Shown here piece after piece: positions 1 through 11,556 of a DNA stretch of 61,684 nucleotides. The DNA is taken from contig NC_069001.1 of assembly GCF_001194135.2 (NCBI RefSeq), positions 37,788,616 through 37,850,299 on the forward strand, read 5' to 3'. The notes under the pieces are model-generated. The model ran no database searches and was not told where the DNA came from. It saw nothing but the letters and a program-made list of their open reading frames with translations. The stretch is from Octopus bimaculoides. Lineage: Eukaryota. A program made the translations under genes and the position numbers. Within the stretch, counting starts at the first letter, position 1. The number at the start of each line of letters is the position of its first letter.

Positions 1-1418
1 TTTTAAAAAAATCCCATGTATCATGGTGAGAGAAACAAATTCATAAATACAGTGTTGAATATGGTTTCACTATGGAAAAAAATAGTTAAGGGCAATTTAG
101 CTGTTATTTTTAGCATATCTCCAGCGTTGGGATCTTTTTTGAAATCTTTTTCTATTACTCAAACGAAAATTAAATGAATCTAAAAAATTTTTTAAAAACT
201 TTTTTCCATTACACTCAAACAAAAAAATTTATAAATTTCTTTTTCTTCGGAAAAAAGTTCCCCCACAAATTTCTTTATAATCGTAATCTATGCTGCTTGA
301 AAGGTATTTATTTGAAATTTCATTAAAAGATATCCATTTTCCTAAAAGTTATGAGGGAAAAAATCGGATCTCGGGAATTTTCCAAAAGTTCTCTCGCCAC
401 AAATCTTTGTTTTCATATTCGTTTAATACACATTTTTTACACCTATTACACTTGTTTATTTTGTTTCCTTGACCGGGAATTGAAAACGACTCTCTCCTTC
501 TCAATTCATGTCTCTTTGCTACTCTGTCCCTTTTATTTCCTGACAGATGACCACTGATCGATAGAATGGATCTCTTTCACAAACAGAATCCAACACCCCA
601 AGGGTTTGCAACTTGTAATTTCTGATTCAAAAAAGTAACCAGTCATATATTTATATTCTCCCAAAACCTGTCCAGTCAAAATTAATCTTTTAATATGTAA
701 AACACAAGCAGCTGTGATGTTACAGCCATTCAGGATGTATTCTTTACAGAAAACAAAATCCAAGGGCAAATACTGAATAATTTTGTGAACTATGTAAGAT
801 AACTGCCAGTATGTTTCAGTCTCATTACAATCTCATCAGGTGGGTGTAGTAAGTATCTGGTGTATCTGGTACTGCTGTAGTGGTGGTCACAGACTGGAGG
901 GGATAAACGAAGTATTTCTTGATAACCTTTTTCATAAACATGTCTAATTTGCCACTTATATGTTGCTCTGTTGTTTGTTCAAGATATCATAAATAACAAT
1001 GTGTCACACATGGAAATTTTGATACTACAATATGGTATCAGATTGAAACAGTGTCAATGATTGGGAAATCGATTTTCTTTAGACTACCTGTCACTTGGCT
1101 ACCATCAACCTCTTGGTTACATCACATCTTTACGACATAACCACCATCATTAGCATTTAATGTATAAAGTTATCTTATCGTTCATCTCTCATTCACTTCA
1201 TCATAACCTATAATATCTAATATTTATTATCAAATAATGTCAACAAATTATATAAATACAAAGTAAACAGCTTTGAAGATCAGTTTGGAAAATGTGTAAC
1301 TTTTATCAGACATTGATCGAGTCTGTGAATTCTGTAGTTTATGGTTGTATCAGGACAAGTTTTGGTTAAATGTTCTACATTTAGAATAACAGGAGAATAA
1401 TTGAAGAGCAAAACCACA

Positions 1419-1424
1419 TTTATT
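1419..1424 (-). promoter_or_regulatory. Candidate poly(A) signal of ZNF-1 in the shared ZNF 3' flank
   Basis: AATAAA followed by a GT/T-rich stretch. The same context lies downstream of ZNF-2 (9987-9992 +), ZNF-3 (15867-15872 +) and ZNF-7 (47567-47572 -). Confidence 0.55.
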
Positions 1425-1831
1425 TCAATTTCAAGTAATTAAGAATATTTACAAAGCTTTATTAAACGTATCACAGAGGAAAGTTACCTTACACAAAAAA
1501 GATATTTATGTAACTATACAAAATATAATGTGATATCTTCTTGGAGACATGAATACATATTTATAGTTTTATCATGCACAATTTTTCATTCGATGAATCT
1601 TGATAGTTTTCAAAAACACAATGCAGTAAATATGTTGTTTTCAATTTTTGATGAGTAAATTTGTCTTTTCTTGTTTGTTTCTCCAGTAAGTTTTCTGAAT
1701 ATTAGGAAATATTCAGAAAATTATTCATTGAAGAAATTGAAAAAGTGAGAAAAATTCATTTGATCATCATGAAAAAATATTCTACATCATGCACTGCATT
1801 TATCATAAACTCAATTCTGATAATGAGCTCG

Positions 1832-2764
1832 TTACTGTGGTGTATGAATACGCATGTGTTTATTTAAGTAACCTTTTTGAGAGAATGATTTTCCACAGAT
1901 ATCACAGAGATACGGCTTCTCTCCTGTATGAGTACGTTTATGACGAATTAATTCACTACTTTCAAGGAATGATTTACTGCAGATGTCACATTGAAATGGT
2001 TTCTCTCCTGTATGAATACGTTTGTGAGCAGTTAAATGACTGTTTTGGGAGAAGAATTTTCCACAGACATCACAGCGATGTGGTTTATACCCTGTATGAA
2101 TACGTACATGAATCATTAAGTGATGCTTCACAGAAAATGATTTACCACAGATATCGCACTCGTAAGGTTTCTCTCCTGTGTGAACACGTTTGTGTTTAAC
2201 TAAGATACTTGGTGAAGGGAATGATTTACTACAGATATCACAGTGATATGGTTTCTCTCCTGTATGAACACGTTTGTGAATAGTTAAGATTCTTGGTGCA
2301 GGGAATGATTTACCACAGATATCACAATGATATGGCCTCTCACGTGTATGAATATGTTTGTGTCTGGATAAACTAGAACTGTCTGAAAATGATTTCCCAC
2401 AGATATCACAGTGATAGGGTTTTTCTCCTGTATGAATACGTTTGTGTTTAGTTAGGTTACCATTTTCAGAGAATGATTTACCACAGATATCACAGTGATA
2501 TGGTTTATCCTTTGTATGAATGTGTTTGTGACTAATGAGGCTGCTTTTATGAGAGAGTGATTTATCAGAGATGTCAGAATTATACAGTTTCCCTCTTGTA
2601 TGAATGTGTTTGTGAGTTAAGCCACACTTTTGAGACAATGATTTATTACAGATATCACACTGATAGAATGTCTTTCCTTTCTCTTTCTGTATATCCTCGG
2701 GGAAATCAATAATTTCAGACTCTGCTTCACATTTAATCTTTTTCTCACACAATTCGTCTTCCAT
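1832..2764 (-). CDS. C2H2 zinc-finger protein ZNF-1 (10 finger repeats, first two degenerate)
   Basis: Tandem CxxC-x12-HxxxH repeats with TGEKPY linkers. First in-frame ATG is at 2764 ([13 protein letters not shown]); the ORF track start is a TTG. Acceptor AG at 3141-3140. Confidence 0.9.
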   Translation of the reverse strand: MEDELCEKKIKCEAESEIIDFPEDIQKEKGKTFYQCDICNKSLSQKCGLTHKHIHTRGKLYNSDISDKSLSHKSSLISHKHIHTKDKPYHCDICGKSFSENGNLTKHKRIHTGEKPYHCDICGKSFSDSSSLSRHKHIHTRERPYHCDICGKSFPAPRILTIHKRVHTGEKPYHCDICSKSFPSPSILVKHKRVHTGEKPYECDICGKSFSVKHHLMIHVRIHTGYKPHRCDVCGKFFSQNSHLTAHKRIHTGEKPFQCDICSKSFLESSELIRHKRTHTGEKPYLCDICGKSFSQKGYLNKHMRIHTPQ

Positions 2765-3254
2765 TCTTGTTTCTCTCTCACCACAATAAATATAAAAGTT
2801 CTTCTTCCCTTTATTTATATATTTTATTCCTATTTCTTCGGCTATATTTCTATCAACTGTGATTTTTGTCAATATTTGAAGATGCTGCAAATTCCTTTGT
2901 AAATCAGCTTTAATTTCGATATCAAATCATTATAACACAAATTCCAGTCTGTGAATTGGAGAGCATTTTGTATAAAATTTCTGTTCAGAGCCAATATTCC
3001 ACAGTAATTCTACATTAAGTGTATATAATGAGGGTTTATATCTGCTCTCTATGGCATCTTCCATTTGTCTTGAAAAGATGATGAATATTGAAGCATCTCA
3101 GGTACATAATATTCTTTTATACCAATGTCATCTGATATTCTGAAAGAAAAGAGAACAAAATAGAAAATATCGAGGATACTTAAACCAAAGACATTCAACG
3201 ATCGACATTTTACAACAATTCTTCTATAGTGAGAAATTGTAGATATAAACCTTT

Positions 3255-4400
3255 ACCATGATGTGCAAAGCAACCAGCATTCAGGCAAGAAAGGCCATGG
3301 AGGCCTGTGGAGTTGAGGGGCCTGCCACGACAGATCAAACCTGTGCTTATGTCAGCTCCCAGTCTGAGGGCAATGGAGACACGAAGTTCATCCAGGCTGA
3401 GTAGACAACCACCATTAACCACAGGGATGGCATCAATCCAGTTACTTGTGTATTTGGCACTAGCAGACAGTAAGTGGCACCTTGAAAACTGGTCAAACTG
3501 GATGAAGAGGGAATCCGAGGTGGCCTTCGAAATTATGTTGTCCCAAGCTCTCTGACTCCGACAGTCCTCCACCTTCTCAAGAGCAGACAAGCCCAATTCC
3601 CTCCAGTGTTGGAGAGCTTCATCCAAGTCGATGTTGGAGATGACAGAATGTTGCTCACCAGGTTGGAGCAGGTGTGGGTGGAGGAAAGGAAGCAGGGGAG
3701 AGAGAGGGATGAGCACATACAAAGACCAAGACCTCCAAATTGCTTGGGCAATGCAGCCTGTTTGCCGGACATTGAAGAGAGTCTGACATTGACTAAGCAT
3801 TCGAGGCTCTCAAACATTGAGTTGTCAAAGCGTTGGAGGCACAATGGGAATCGGTAAGATGAACTGACTCTGAGTAAATATAAAAGCTTAGGGATTGAGA
3901 GGTAATTCCTAGGTATGAAAAATCCTTGATGGGGTTCGATAGCTTCAATATTTTTCAACAATTGCTCAAGGGCAGCCAGTGATTGGGGCTCCTAGAGAGC
4001 ACCAAGCTGATGGGGGAGGAGCTGAAATGGAAGGGAAGGACTCTGCAAAAAGATCAATAATTGGTTGATGTTGAGAAGCTGGGTGGTTGAGGATCCAGAG
4101 CTCACATTTGGAGCTGTTTACTTGGAGACTCCAGTGACCAAGCACCCCAATCATCATGTTTGCAACAGCATGAACCCTGTCTGGAGGTCTCCACAAATAA
4201 GCATCGTTGAAATGCCAGACATTGAGGTCTAGGCCCCCCCCCCCAGTTATGTTATTAATGCTCAGTGTGAAAAGAGCAGGGGGCCTGAATGGATCACCCA
4301 GTTGGACTCTTGAGTTAGAGATGATGATTTGATCACCTAATTGCGAGATTCCTGTCTTCACTCGTAACTCACCTTGCAGAGGTCATTAGTGAAGTTCGTC
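3255..4400 (-). mobile_element. Decayed CRE-clade-like non-LTR retrotransposon (RT plus C-terminal region) in the ZNF-1 intron
   Basis: Frameshifted pieces read RVQLGDPF (QQGDPL motif), WHFND (YLDD motif), QAALPKQFGGLGL and WIDAIP..LSLDELRVSIALRLG..GLHGLSCLNAG, typical of RLE-encoding CRE-like elements. Confidence 0.75.
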
Positions 4401-4659
4401 AGGGCGCTTGGCTGTTCCTGCGAATCACCCTCGCCATCACCCATAGCAACGCTACAAGCATGCTGGCGTGCCTCAATAGCCATTTATGAGGTTTCCCAGT
4501 GACCCCAAATTTTCAACCCACGGTGGTGAATTGTTATGTTTTTTTCTTCTTTTTCTCTTTAATTTTTTTCAATTGCGTTCTTTGTTTTGTCCGATTTTTA
4601 AATTTAATTTTGTAAAACGGTAAACACTGTGAAGGCAATAAAAACATATAAATATTATA

Positions 4660-5870
4660 TTAAAAAAAACATTCTATTGCTTGTTTCTCGTATATCATAG
4701 TAGATTGTATCTTTATTCATGAGGAATCTACAACTGTCCCATAGAGATTACAGGATTTGCTGTTTGTGAATATAACACTAAAATATATTGGAGTGGAACA
4801 GCTTAGTACTTCAAACAGAAGTTTGGGGAAAGTTTTATTAGCAATTTTAATAGCTTTTTTTTTTTAATTGGGAATCAATTTTGTTCTCTGTAATTATCAG
4901 CTAGACTATCGATAATTATCATCGATCTTTGAGTATCAACATCAAAATCGCTTTAAATTTGAGATGTTGCATAAAAGTTGTCAAATTTATTTGTTAAGAA
5001 TAAAGATAAACGGTGACTAAACAATGTCTAGAAGTGACAATAAGAAATACAGACTTTCTTTTTGTATTAATATTAAGATATGGGGGAATAACGATAATTG
5101 AAATGCAGAGTGGGAAGAAAATCAGTGTAAATANNNNNNNNNNNNNNNNNNNNNNNNNNNNNNNNNNNNNNNNNNNNNNNNNNNNNNNNNNNNNNNNNNN
5201 NNNNNNNNNNNNNNNNNNNNNNNNNNNNNNNNNNNNNNNNNNNNNNNNNNNNNNNNNNNNNNNNNNNNNNNNNNNNNNNNNNNNNNNNNNNNNNNNNNNN
5301 NNNNNNNNNNNNNNNNNNNNNNNNNNNNNNNNNNNNNNNNNNNNNNNNNNNNNNNNNNNNNNNNNNNNNNNNNNNNNNNNNNNNNNNNNNNNNNNNNNNN
5401 NNNNNNNNNNNNNNNNNNNNNNNNNNNNNNNNNNNNNNNNNNNNNNNNNNNNNNNNNNNNNNNNNNNNNNNNNNNNNNNNNNNNNNNNNNNNNNNNNNNN
5501 NNNNNNNNNNNATTTCTTTCCGCCGTTAATTAGCAACCATCTATTAATTAACCTCTATATTTAATTAATTTGTTCAGTTGGCAGAATCGTTGAGCAGCGA
5601 AGAAAATTCTCCGCAATATTACTTCCGTCTCTTCATTTTCAAATCCAAACCAGATCAGTTTTGTCTTTCTTCCTTTCAGAATAGATAAAAATCTAGTTCC
5701 AGTAAAGTGCTGGAGTCGGTATGATCCAATAATGACCTTCCCTAATATTTCAGGTTTTGCGTTTTTATTAGGAATAATAACACTGAGCACCGTGAGGAAG
5801 GTACCTATTATTTCTTTACACCGCTGAAATAATTAGTACCATCCTTGCATTGGTGTGCTTATAATTATGT
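4660..5870 (-). repeat. Inverted paralogous copy of the ZNF-3 upstream region
   Basis: 4680-4975 is the reverse complement of about 12819-13085, and 5708-5865 of about 12080-12237. Both copies contain an N-gap at the equivalent position. Confidence 0.85.
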
Positions 5871-7979
5871 TCAGTTGACGTTAAAACGATTATGGTAATT
5901 AAGACGATCTTATACAAACATACACACACATATATGATATGTACACGGGGTCATAATTGAACCCGCGTCCTCTTGATTCTTTACTGATTCTGTCTCTGAA
6001 GCGTTTGTAATTGGAGATATCTTCCAATCTCTTTTCTCTTATTTTGATACATACGTACGTAACATACATGGCAGAAAAAGAGGGATTAAAATATCCAGGC
6101 AGATATCAATAAATTGCCCATTTTTAAACGAATTTGGTGAATTATATCATATGATTTCCGAACTCAAAACTACAATCACTGTCCAATTCCCTGGAGTATC
6201 GTGCTGTAAGGTAGTCTGCTATGAAGGTGCAAACATTAACACTTGACATTTCATTAAACCACATACCTATGAAATCAGACATAGGGACTATTATTAAGAA
6301 GATCATTGATCTTCTTACTAATAATTCCAATATCTAAATTTAGATTAGCCCTGTGGTCAGATACCCAGATATAAACAAGAAATAAAGAATTATAGGGAAT
6401 ATATTGGTGGTTAAAGATTTAGTGGTTGTGAGGGCAAACATGAAGGAATGTCTACGAAGGCAGGGGGAAGTTAGGGAATAATGCAGGTGTGTTGTTATTT
6501 ATATTCTGAGAATAGGTTGCGTAATCTGTGTCTGCGTATATTATTTTTACGTGGAGACACGAACACGAGTCGCAACGAATGGGGTGAAATATATAAAAAA
6601 AAAATATGTCGATGCAAAAAATGTTTGCTTGAAATACCGAAACGAAATCGAATTATTCATTTAGTAAATGCATATTGTTTGGAATTGTTTGCTGACTCTT
6701 AAACGTCATTGTGTCCTATTAATTTACACTTTAAATCTTGTAATTAAGTCAATAGGGAGATTTCTTCTTTTATTTCTAACTTAAAAGTTTTTTAAATGAA
6801 TGTATCGCTGGCGTTTAACATATTAAAATTAGTGTATTTATGTTGTTCCTTTACTGATGTTTCTAATTAAATAATAATTAATTGTTTAAATGTTTCTTTT
6901 CTCTCATGGCAAAACACATGCTTTTATAACAAAAGTAATTTTTCTCATTGCAGTAATCAAAAAAAAATTATAAAATTCGTTTCAGTATTTCAAGTAAACC
7001 ATGGTGCTTCTATATAATCCCCATTCTACCGAATTCTGTCGCGATACCCGCCATTTACTGACGTTGTGGCTATTGATTGTTCCATGCCTTTCTTTTCTTA
7101 TTTTACCAAATACATATTTAAAGTGGAGAGGAATTATATAAGAGAAGTATAAGCAGCATCGCAGGTGAGATACATTATTTTGACGCAGCTGAAGTAAAAG
7201 ATTACCTTGTTTGTATAAAGTAGAATAAGATATGAAGTAACCGAAAGTATTTAATAGAGAAGACGAAGAATGATCGATTCTAGGTCTTTTAGAAGATGGA
7301 AAATATAAAGTAGACCAAGATATATTTAAAGATTTGTGTCGAAGCTAGAGATGAGTTAGTTGTTCTGATAGTTTATTGTTAGAAATTGCGAAATAATTCT
7401 GTTGGTTCTCTGCTGTTGTTGAATAAACATCTTTTGACTCAAGAATATTCAGAGAAAAGGTGTAACTGTGACAAATGACATCTTCATTATTTTGTGGTGA
7501 AAAAGACATGACTGAACAGCTAGACTGAGGGATAAAAATGGAAGAGAATGACAGCCTTGGTGGGAATTTATTTATAGTTCTGTTATGGTTAGGTTTGGGA
7601 TTGCGTATTCATTTCGTATTGTGATGCACTCCACACACACACACCTGTATGTGTATCTTGGTGTTCTTGTTTGGTTCACTAATTCCTGTCAAGACATCCA
7701 AACCATTGTGGTGGACAACAGAGCATTTTAGAGATGTTCAATGTTAGTAAAATATAAAAAAGTTGATGCTTCCACTGGCCTAAAGATATTGATGCATGTT
7801 TTGTCAGCAGAAAAGAAAAACAAAAAGAACAGGTGGATGAGTTCCATTGTCCTGGTAAAAGTTTCTATCTACAGTTTATCAATTTAGAAGGAATTTAATA
7901 AAATGTCCATTGTTGAATGTCTTTGGTTTAAGTATCCTCAATATTTTATATTTTATTCTCTTTTCTTTCAGAATATCAG

Positions 7980-7994
7980 ATGACATTGGCATAA
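7980..7994 (+). promoter_or_regulatory. 4-codon uORF (MTLA*) just after the conserved splice acceptor of ZNF-2
   Basis: ttttctttcAG|aatatcagATGACATTGGCATAA. Equivalent uORFs at 3131-3117, 13967-13981, 19148-19156, 37057-37071, 50288-50274, 56088-56102 and 60698-60712. Confidence 0.6.
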
Positions 7995-8343
7995 AAGAAT
8001 ATCATTTACCTGAGATCCATCAATATTTATCATCTTTTCAAGACAAACAGATATCATACACAACAGATGTGAACCCTCATTATATAAATCCATCGTAGAA
8101 TTACTGTGGAATATTGGCTTTGAACAGAATTTTTATACAAAATGCTCTCCAATTCACAGACTGGAATTTGTGTTATAATAATTTGATATTGAAATTAAAG
8201 CTGATTTACAAAGGAATTTGCAGCATCTTCAAATATTGACAAAAATCACAGTTGATAGAAATATAGCCGAAGAAATCGGAATAAAATATATAAATAAAGG
8301 GAAGAAGAACTTTTATATTTATTGTGGTGAGAGAGAAACAAGA

Positions 8344-9459
8344 ATGGAAGACGAATTGTGTGAGAAAAAGATTAAATGTGAAGCAGAGTCTAAAATTATT
8401 GATTTCCCTGAGGATATACAGAAAGAGAAAGGAAAGACATTCTATCAGTGTGATAGCTGTAATAAATCATTCTCTCTAAAGTGTAACTTAACTACTCACA
8501 AACGCATTCATACAGGAGAGAAACCATATCGCTGTGATATCTGTGATAAATCATTTTGCCAGAAAGCCCACCTAATTGGTCACAAACACATTCATACAAA
8601 AGATAAGCCATATCAGTGTGACATCTGTGGTAAATCCTTTCCTCAGAGTTGTAACTTAACTACTCACATACGTACTCATACAGGGGAGAAGCCATATCAC
8701 TGTGATTTCTGTGGTAAATCATTCGCTCATAAAGGCAGCCTAGTTACTCACAAACACATTCATACAAAAGATAAGCCATATCAGTGTGACATCTGTGATA
8801 AATCATTTCCTCGGAGTTGTGACTTAACTACTCACATACGCATTCATACAGGAGAGAAGCCATATCATTGTGATATCTGTGGTAAATCATTCTCTGAAGA
8901 TAGTAACCTAACTAAACACAAACGTATTCATACAGGTGAAAAGCCATATCACTGTGATATCTGTGGTAAATCATTCTCTGAGAGTTCTAGCTTATCTAGG
9001 CACAAACATATTCATACGGGTGAGAGGCCATATCACTGTGACATCTGTGGTAAGTCGTTTCCTGCAACAAGAATCCTAAATATACACAAACGTGTTCATA
9101 CAGGAGAGAAGCCGTACCACTGTGATATTTGTGGTAAATCATTCCCTGCACCGAGTGTCTTAACTATACATAAACGTGTTCATACAGGAGAGAAACCATA
9201 CGAGTGCGATATCTGTGGTAAATCGTTTTCTGTGAAGCATCACTTAATGATTCACAAGCGTATTCATACTGAAGATAAACCATATCACTGTGATGTCTGT
9301 GGAGCATTCTTCTCTCAAAACAGTCGCTTAACTGCTCACAAGTATATTCATACAGGAGAGAAACCATTTCAATGTGATATCTGCAGTAAATCATTCTTTG
9401 AAAGTAGTGAATTAAGTCGTCATAAACGTACTCATACTCGAGAAAAGCCATGTCACTGA
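8344..9459 (+). CDS. C2H2 zinc-finger protein ZNF-2 (12 fingers)
   Basis: Open frame of 12 canonical fingers with ATG at 8344; acceptor AG at 7970-7971. Confidence 0.92.
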   Translation: MEDELCEKKIKCEAESKIIDFPEDIQKEKGKTFYQCDSCNKSFSLKCNLTTHKRIHTGEKPYRCDICDKSFCQKAHLIGHKHIHTKDKPYQCDICGKSFPQSCNLTTHIRTHTGEKPYHCDFCGKSFAHKGSLVTHKHIHTKDKPYQCDICDKSFPRSCDLTTHIRIHTGEKPYHCDICGKSFSEDSNLTKHKRIHTGEKPYHCDICGKSFSESSSLSRHKHIHTGERPYHCDICGKSFPATRILNIHKRVHTGEKPYHCDICGKSFPAPSVLTIHKRVHTGEKPYECDICGKSFSVKHHLMIHKRIHTEDKPYHCDVCGAFFSQNSRLTAHKYIHTGEKPFQCDICSKSFFESSELSRHKRTHTREKPCH

Positions 9460-9954
9460 CTCCTCAACTAAACATAGAGGTATTAATGCATATTGAAAAC
9501 TAGCTCGTTATCAACATTGAAGTGGTATATGCAGGATATGATGTGTGTTATGTTTTTTCTGATGCTCAAATGAATTTTCCCAATGTTGTCAATTTCTTCC
9601 ATCTAATAATTTTCTAAATACTTCCTGCTTTAAATGTTATTATGGATGTATCCCACCAAGGGACCAATTCTGATGTTGGTTTTCATTTCTACAGTTTTAT
9701 CATTTCTTTTATTTCTAGTATGATTCCTTCATGACTTGAGGGTTAAACTGAATGTCTATTTGCAAGTATGAATGAAACCTTAAACTTGATATAAATGCAA
9801 AATGAATGACGTAATTTCTGAATCATCATCATAGTCATCAGTGTTTTAATGTCCATTCTACAGGCTGGTATGGGTTTGATATGTCTGTTACACAAGATGT
9901 CAGCACATTTTCTCAATTGTGAGGCCCAGGATCTTGGGTTCTGACCTCGTTATT

Positions 9955-10700
9955 CTTTGTAAATATTCTTAATTACTTGAAATTGAAATAAATCTGGTTT
10001 TGCTCTTCAATTATTCTCCTGTTATTCTAAATGTAGAACATTTAACCAAAACTTGTCCTGACACAACCATAAACTACAGAATTCACAGACTTGATCAATG
10101 TCTGATAAAAGTTACACATTTTCCAAACTGATCTTCAAAGCTGTTTACTTTGTATTTATATAATTTGTTGACATTATTTGATAATAAATATTAGATATTA
10201 TAGGTTATGATGAAGTGAATGAGAGATGAACGATAAGATAACTTTATACATTAAATGCTAATGATGGTGGTTATGTCGTAAAGATGTGATGTAACCAAGA
10301 GGTTGATGGTAGCCAAGTGAGAGGTAGTCTAAAGAAAATCAATTTCCCAATCATTGATACTGTTTCAATCTGATACCATATTGTAGTATCAAAATTTCTA
10401 TGTGTGACACATTGTTATTTATGATATCTAGAGCAACATATAAGTGGCAAATTAGACATGTTTAGAAATATCTCGTTTATCCTCTCCAGTCTGTCACCTT
10501 CCTTTGTGACCACCACTACAGCAGAACCAGATCCACCAGAGACTTACTACACCACCCACCTTATGTCTAACATGGGAATATCCAGACTAAGACATTGTGT
10601 TTTGTAATGGCAAATGAATTAACATGTCTGTGTGTCTTTATAAATATTTGGTAAATCACCATTACATTGTGAAATATGGTAATGTTTATGGTTTGCTAAT
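9955..10700 (+). repeat. Shared 3' flank of the ZNF paralogs
   Basis: Matches the reverse complement of about 830-1430 and 46900-47580. Partial direct copies at 15795-15950 and 40903-41219. Confidence 0.85.
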
Positions 10701-10702
10701 CA

Positions 10703-10930
10703 TCATCATCATGCTGGCATGGTTGGATGGTTTGATTGGGCTAGTACACTGGAAGGCTGCACCAGGATCCAGTCTGATTTGGCATGGTTTTCTATGGCTG
10801 GACACCTTTTCTAATACCAACCACTCCGAGAGTGTAATGGTGCTTTTACATGCCATTTGCATGACACTGGTATCTGCTGTGACTGCGATTTTGCTTGGTT
10901 TGATGGGTCTTCTTCTCAAGCACGACATAA
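10703..10930. repeat. (CAT)n-tailed interspersed repeat related to RTE LINE 3' ends
   Basis: catcatcatc..atgctggcatgg..ggctgcaccagg..agtctgatttggc..ccaaccactccgagagtgt, shared with 45059-45240; related pieces near 22780-22930 and 35920-36190. Confidence 0.6.
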
Positions 10931-10989
10931 TGCCAAAGGCCTTGGTCACTGCCTCTGTGAGGTCAATCTTCTCTTGGAGCAATAAAGTG

Positions 10990-11460
10990 GATACATTGAA
11001 TATCAATGCTTTTTATGTATGGATAGCAGAGCCAGGGAAAAACATTCAGTGATCAAAGAATGGCCACAGCGAACATCAGTTCCAGGGACTTTTAAAGTGG
11101 TTGAAGAGCCTTTTAGTTCAACTGAGAAAAAAAATCCTCTTACCTCCACATCATAGTATGAAGCAGTTTGTTAAATCTGTGGATAAAGATGGACCATGCT
11201 TTCACTATATCAGCAACACGTTTTGTTATATGCGCAGTGAATTAGAAAAAAATCTATCTCAACATCACTCATTCCTTTGGAATGAACCAATTGTAATCTT
11301 CGAAATATATGTCAGAAATAAAAGAAATCATTTAACACATGCATATAACTCCATTTATTTAATCTTATATTTATTCAAAATACCTCAAACTAACAGGGAG
11401 TTTCTACCTCGTAAACAGGAGTTACACCAAAATTATTTTGTGAACTTTGCTACCCTGGTA
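10990..11460 (+). mobile_element. Decayed DNA-transposon fragment, Chapaev3-like
   Basis: Translation IKEWPQRTSVPG..KILLPPHH..MKQFVKSVDKDGPCFHYI resembles the LLPPLHIKLGLMKQFVKALDK motif of Chapaev3-type transposases (recognised from memory). Confidence 0.5.
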
Positions 11461-11556
11461 ACTATTAACCAATTTATTTTGTCAGAGTTAATTGTTAACT
11501 AAGAGAAAATAAATTCATATAATTATATATAAATGTATATATATATATATATATGT

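Noticed and set aside
1789-2199. Antisense ORFs of the [11 protein letters not shown] type over the finger arrays (also 9164, 14899, 30809, 37261-39222, 49294, 56687, 57359, 61460)
   Set aside because: These are shadow frames of the 84-bp finger repeat with no independent evidence.
4994-5564. Long ORFs running through N tracts (also 12156-12887, 45126-45916, 48055-48891, 50758-51273, 52240-52587)
   Set aside because: Their length comes from unresolved bases. Only the RTE fragment and ZNF-7 have real coding signal at a gap edge.
8218-8343. 42-aa N-terminal extension [15 protein letters not shown].. in the ORF track for ZNF-1/2/3/7/8
   Set aside because: It starts at TTG with an in-frame stop 13 codons upstream in ZNF-2, and the homologous stretch is frameshifted or stopped in ZNF-4 and ZNF-5. 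Treated as 5' UTR, although near-cognate initiation is not excluded.
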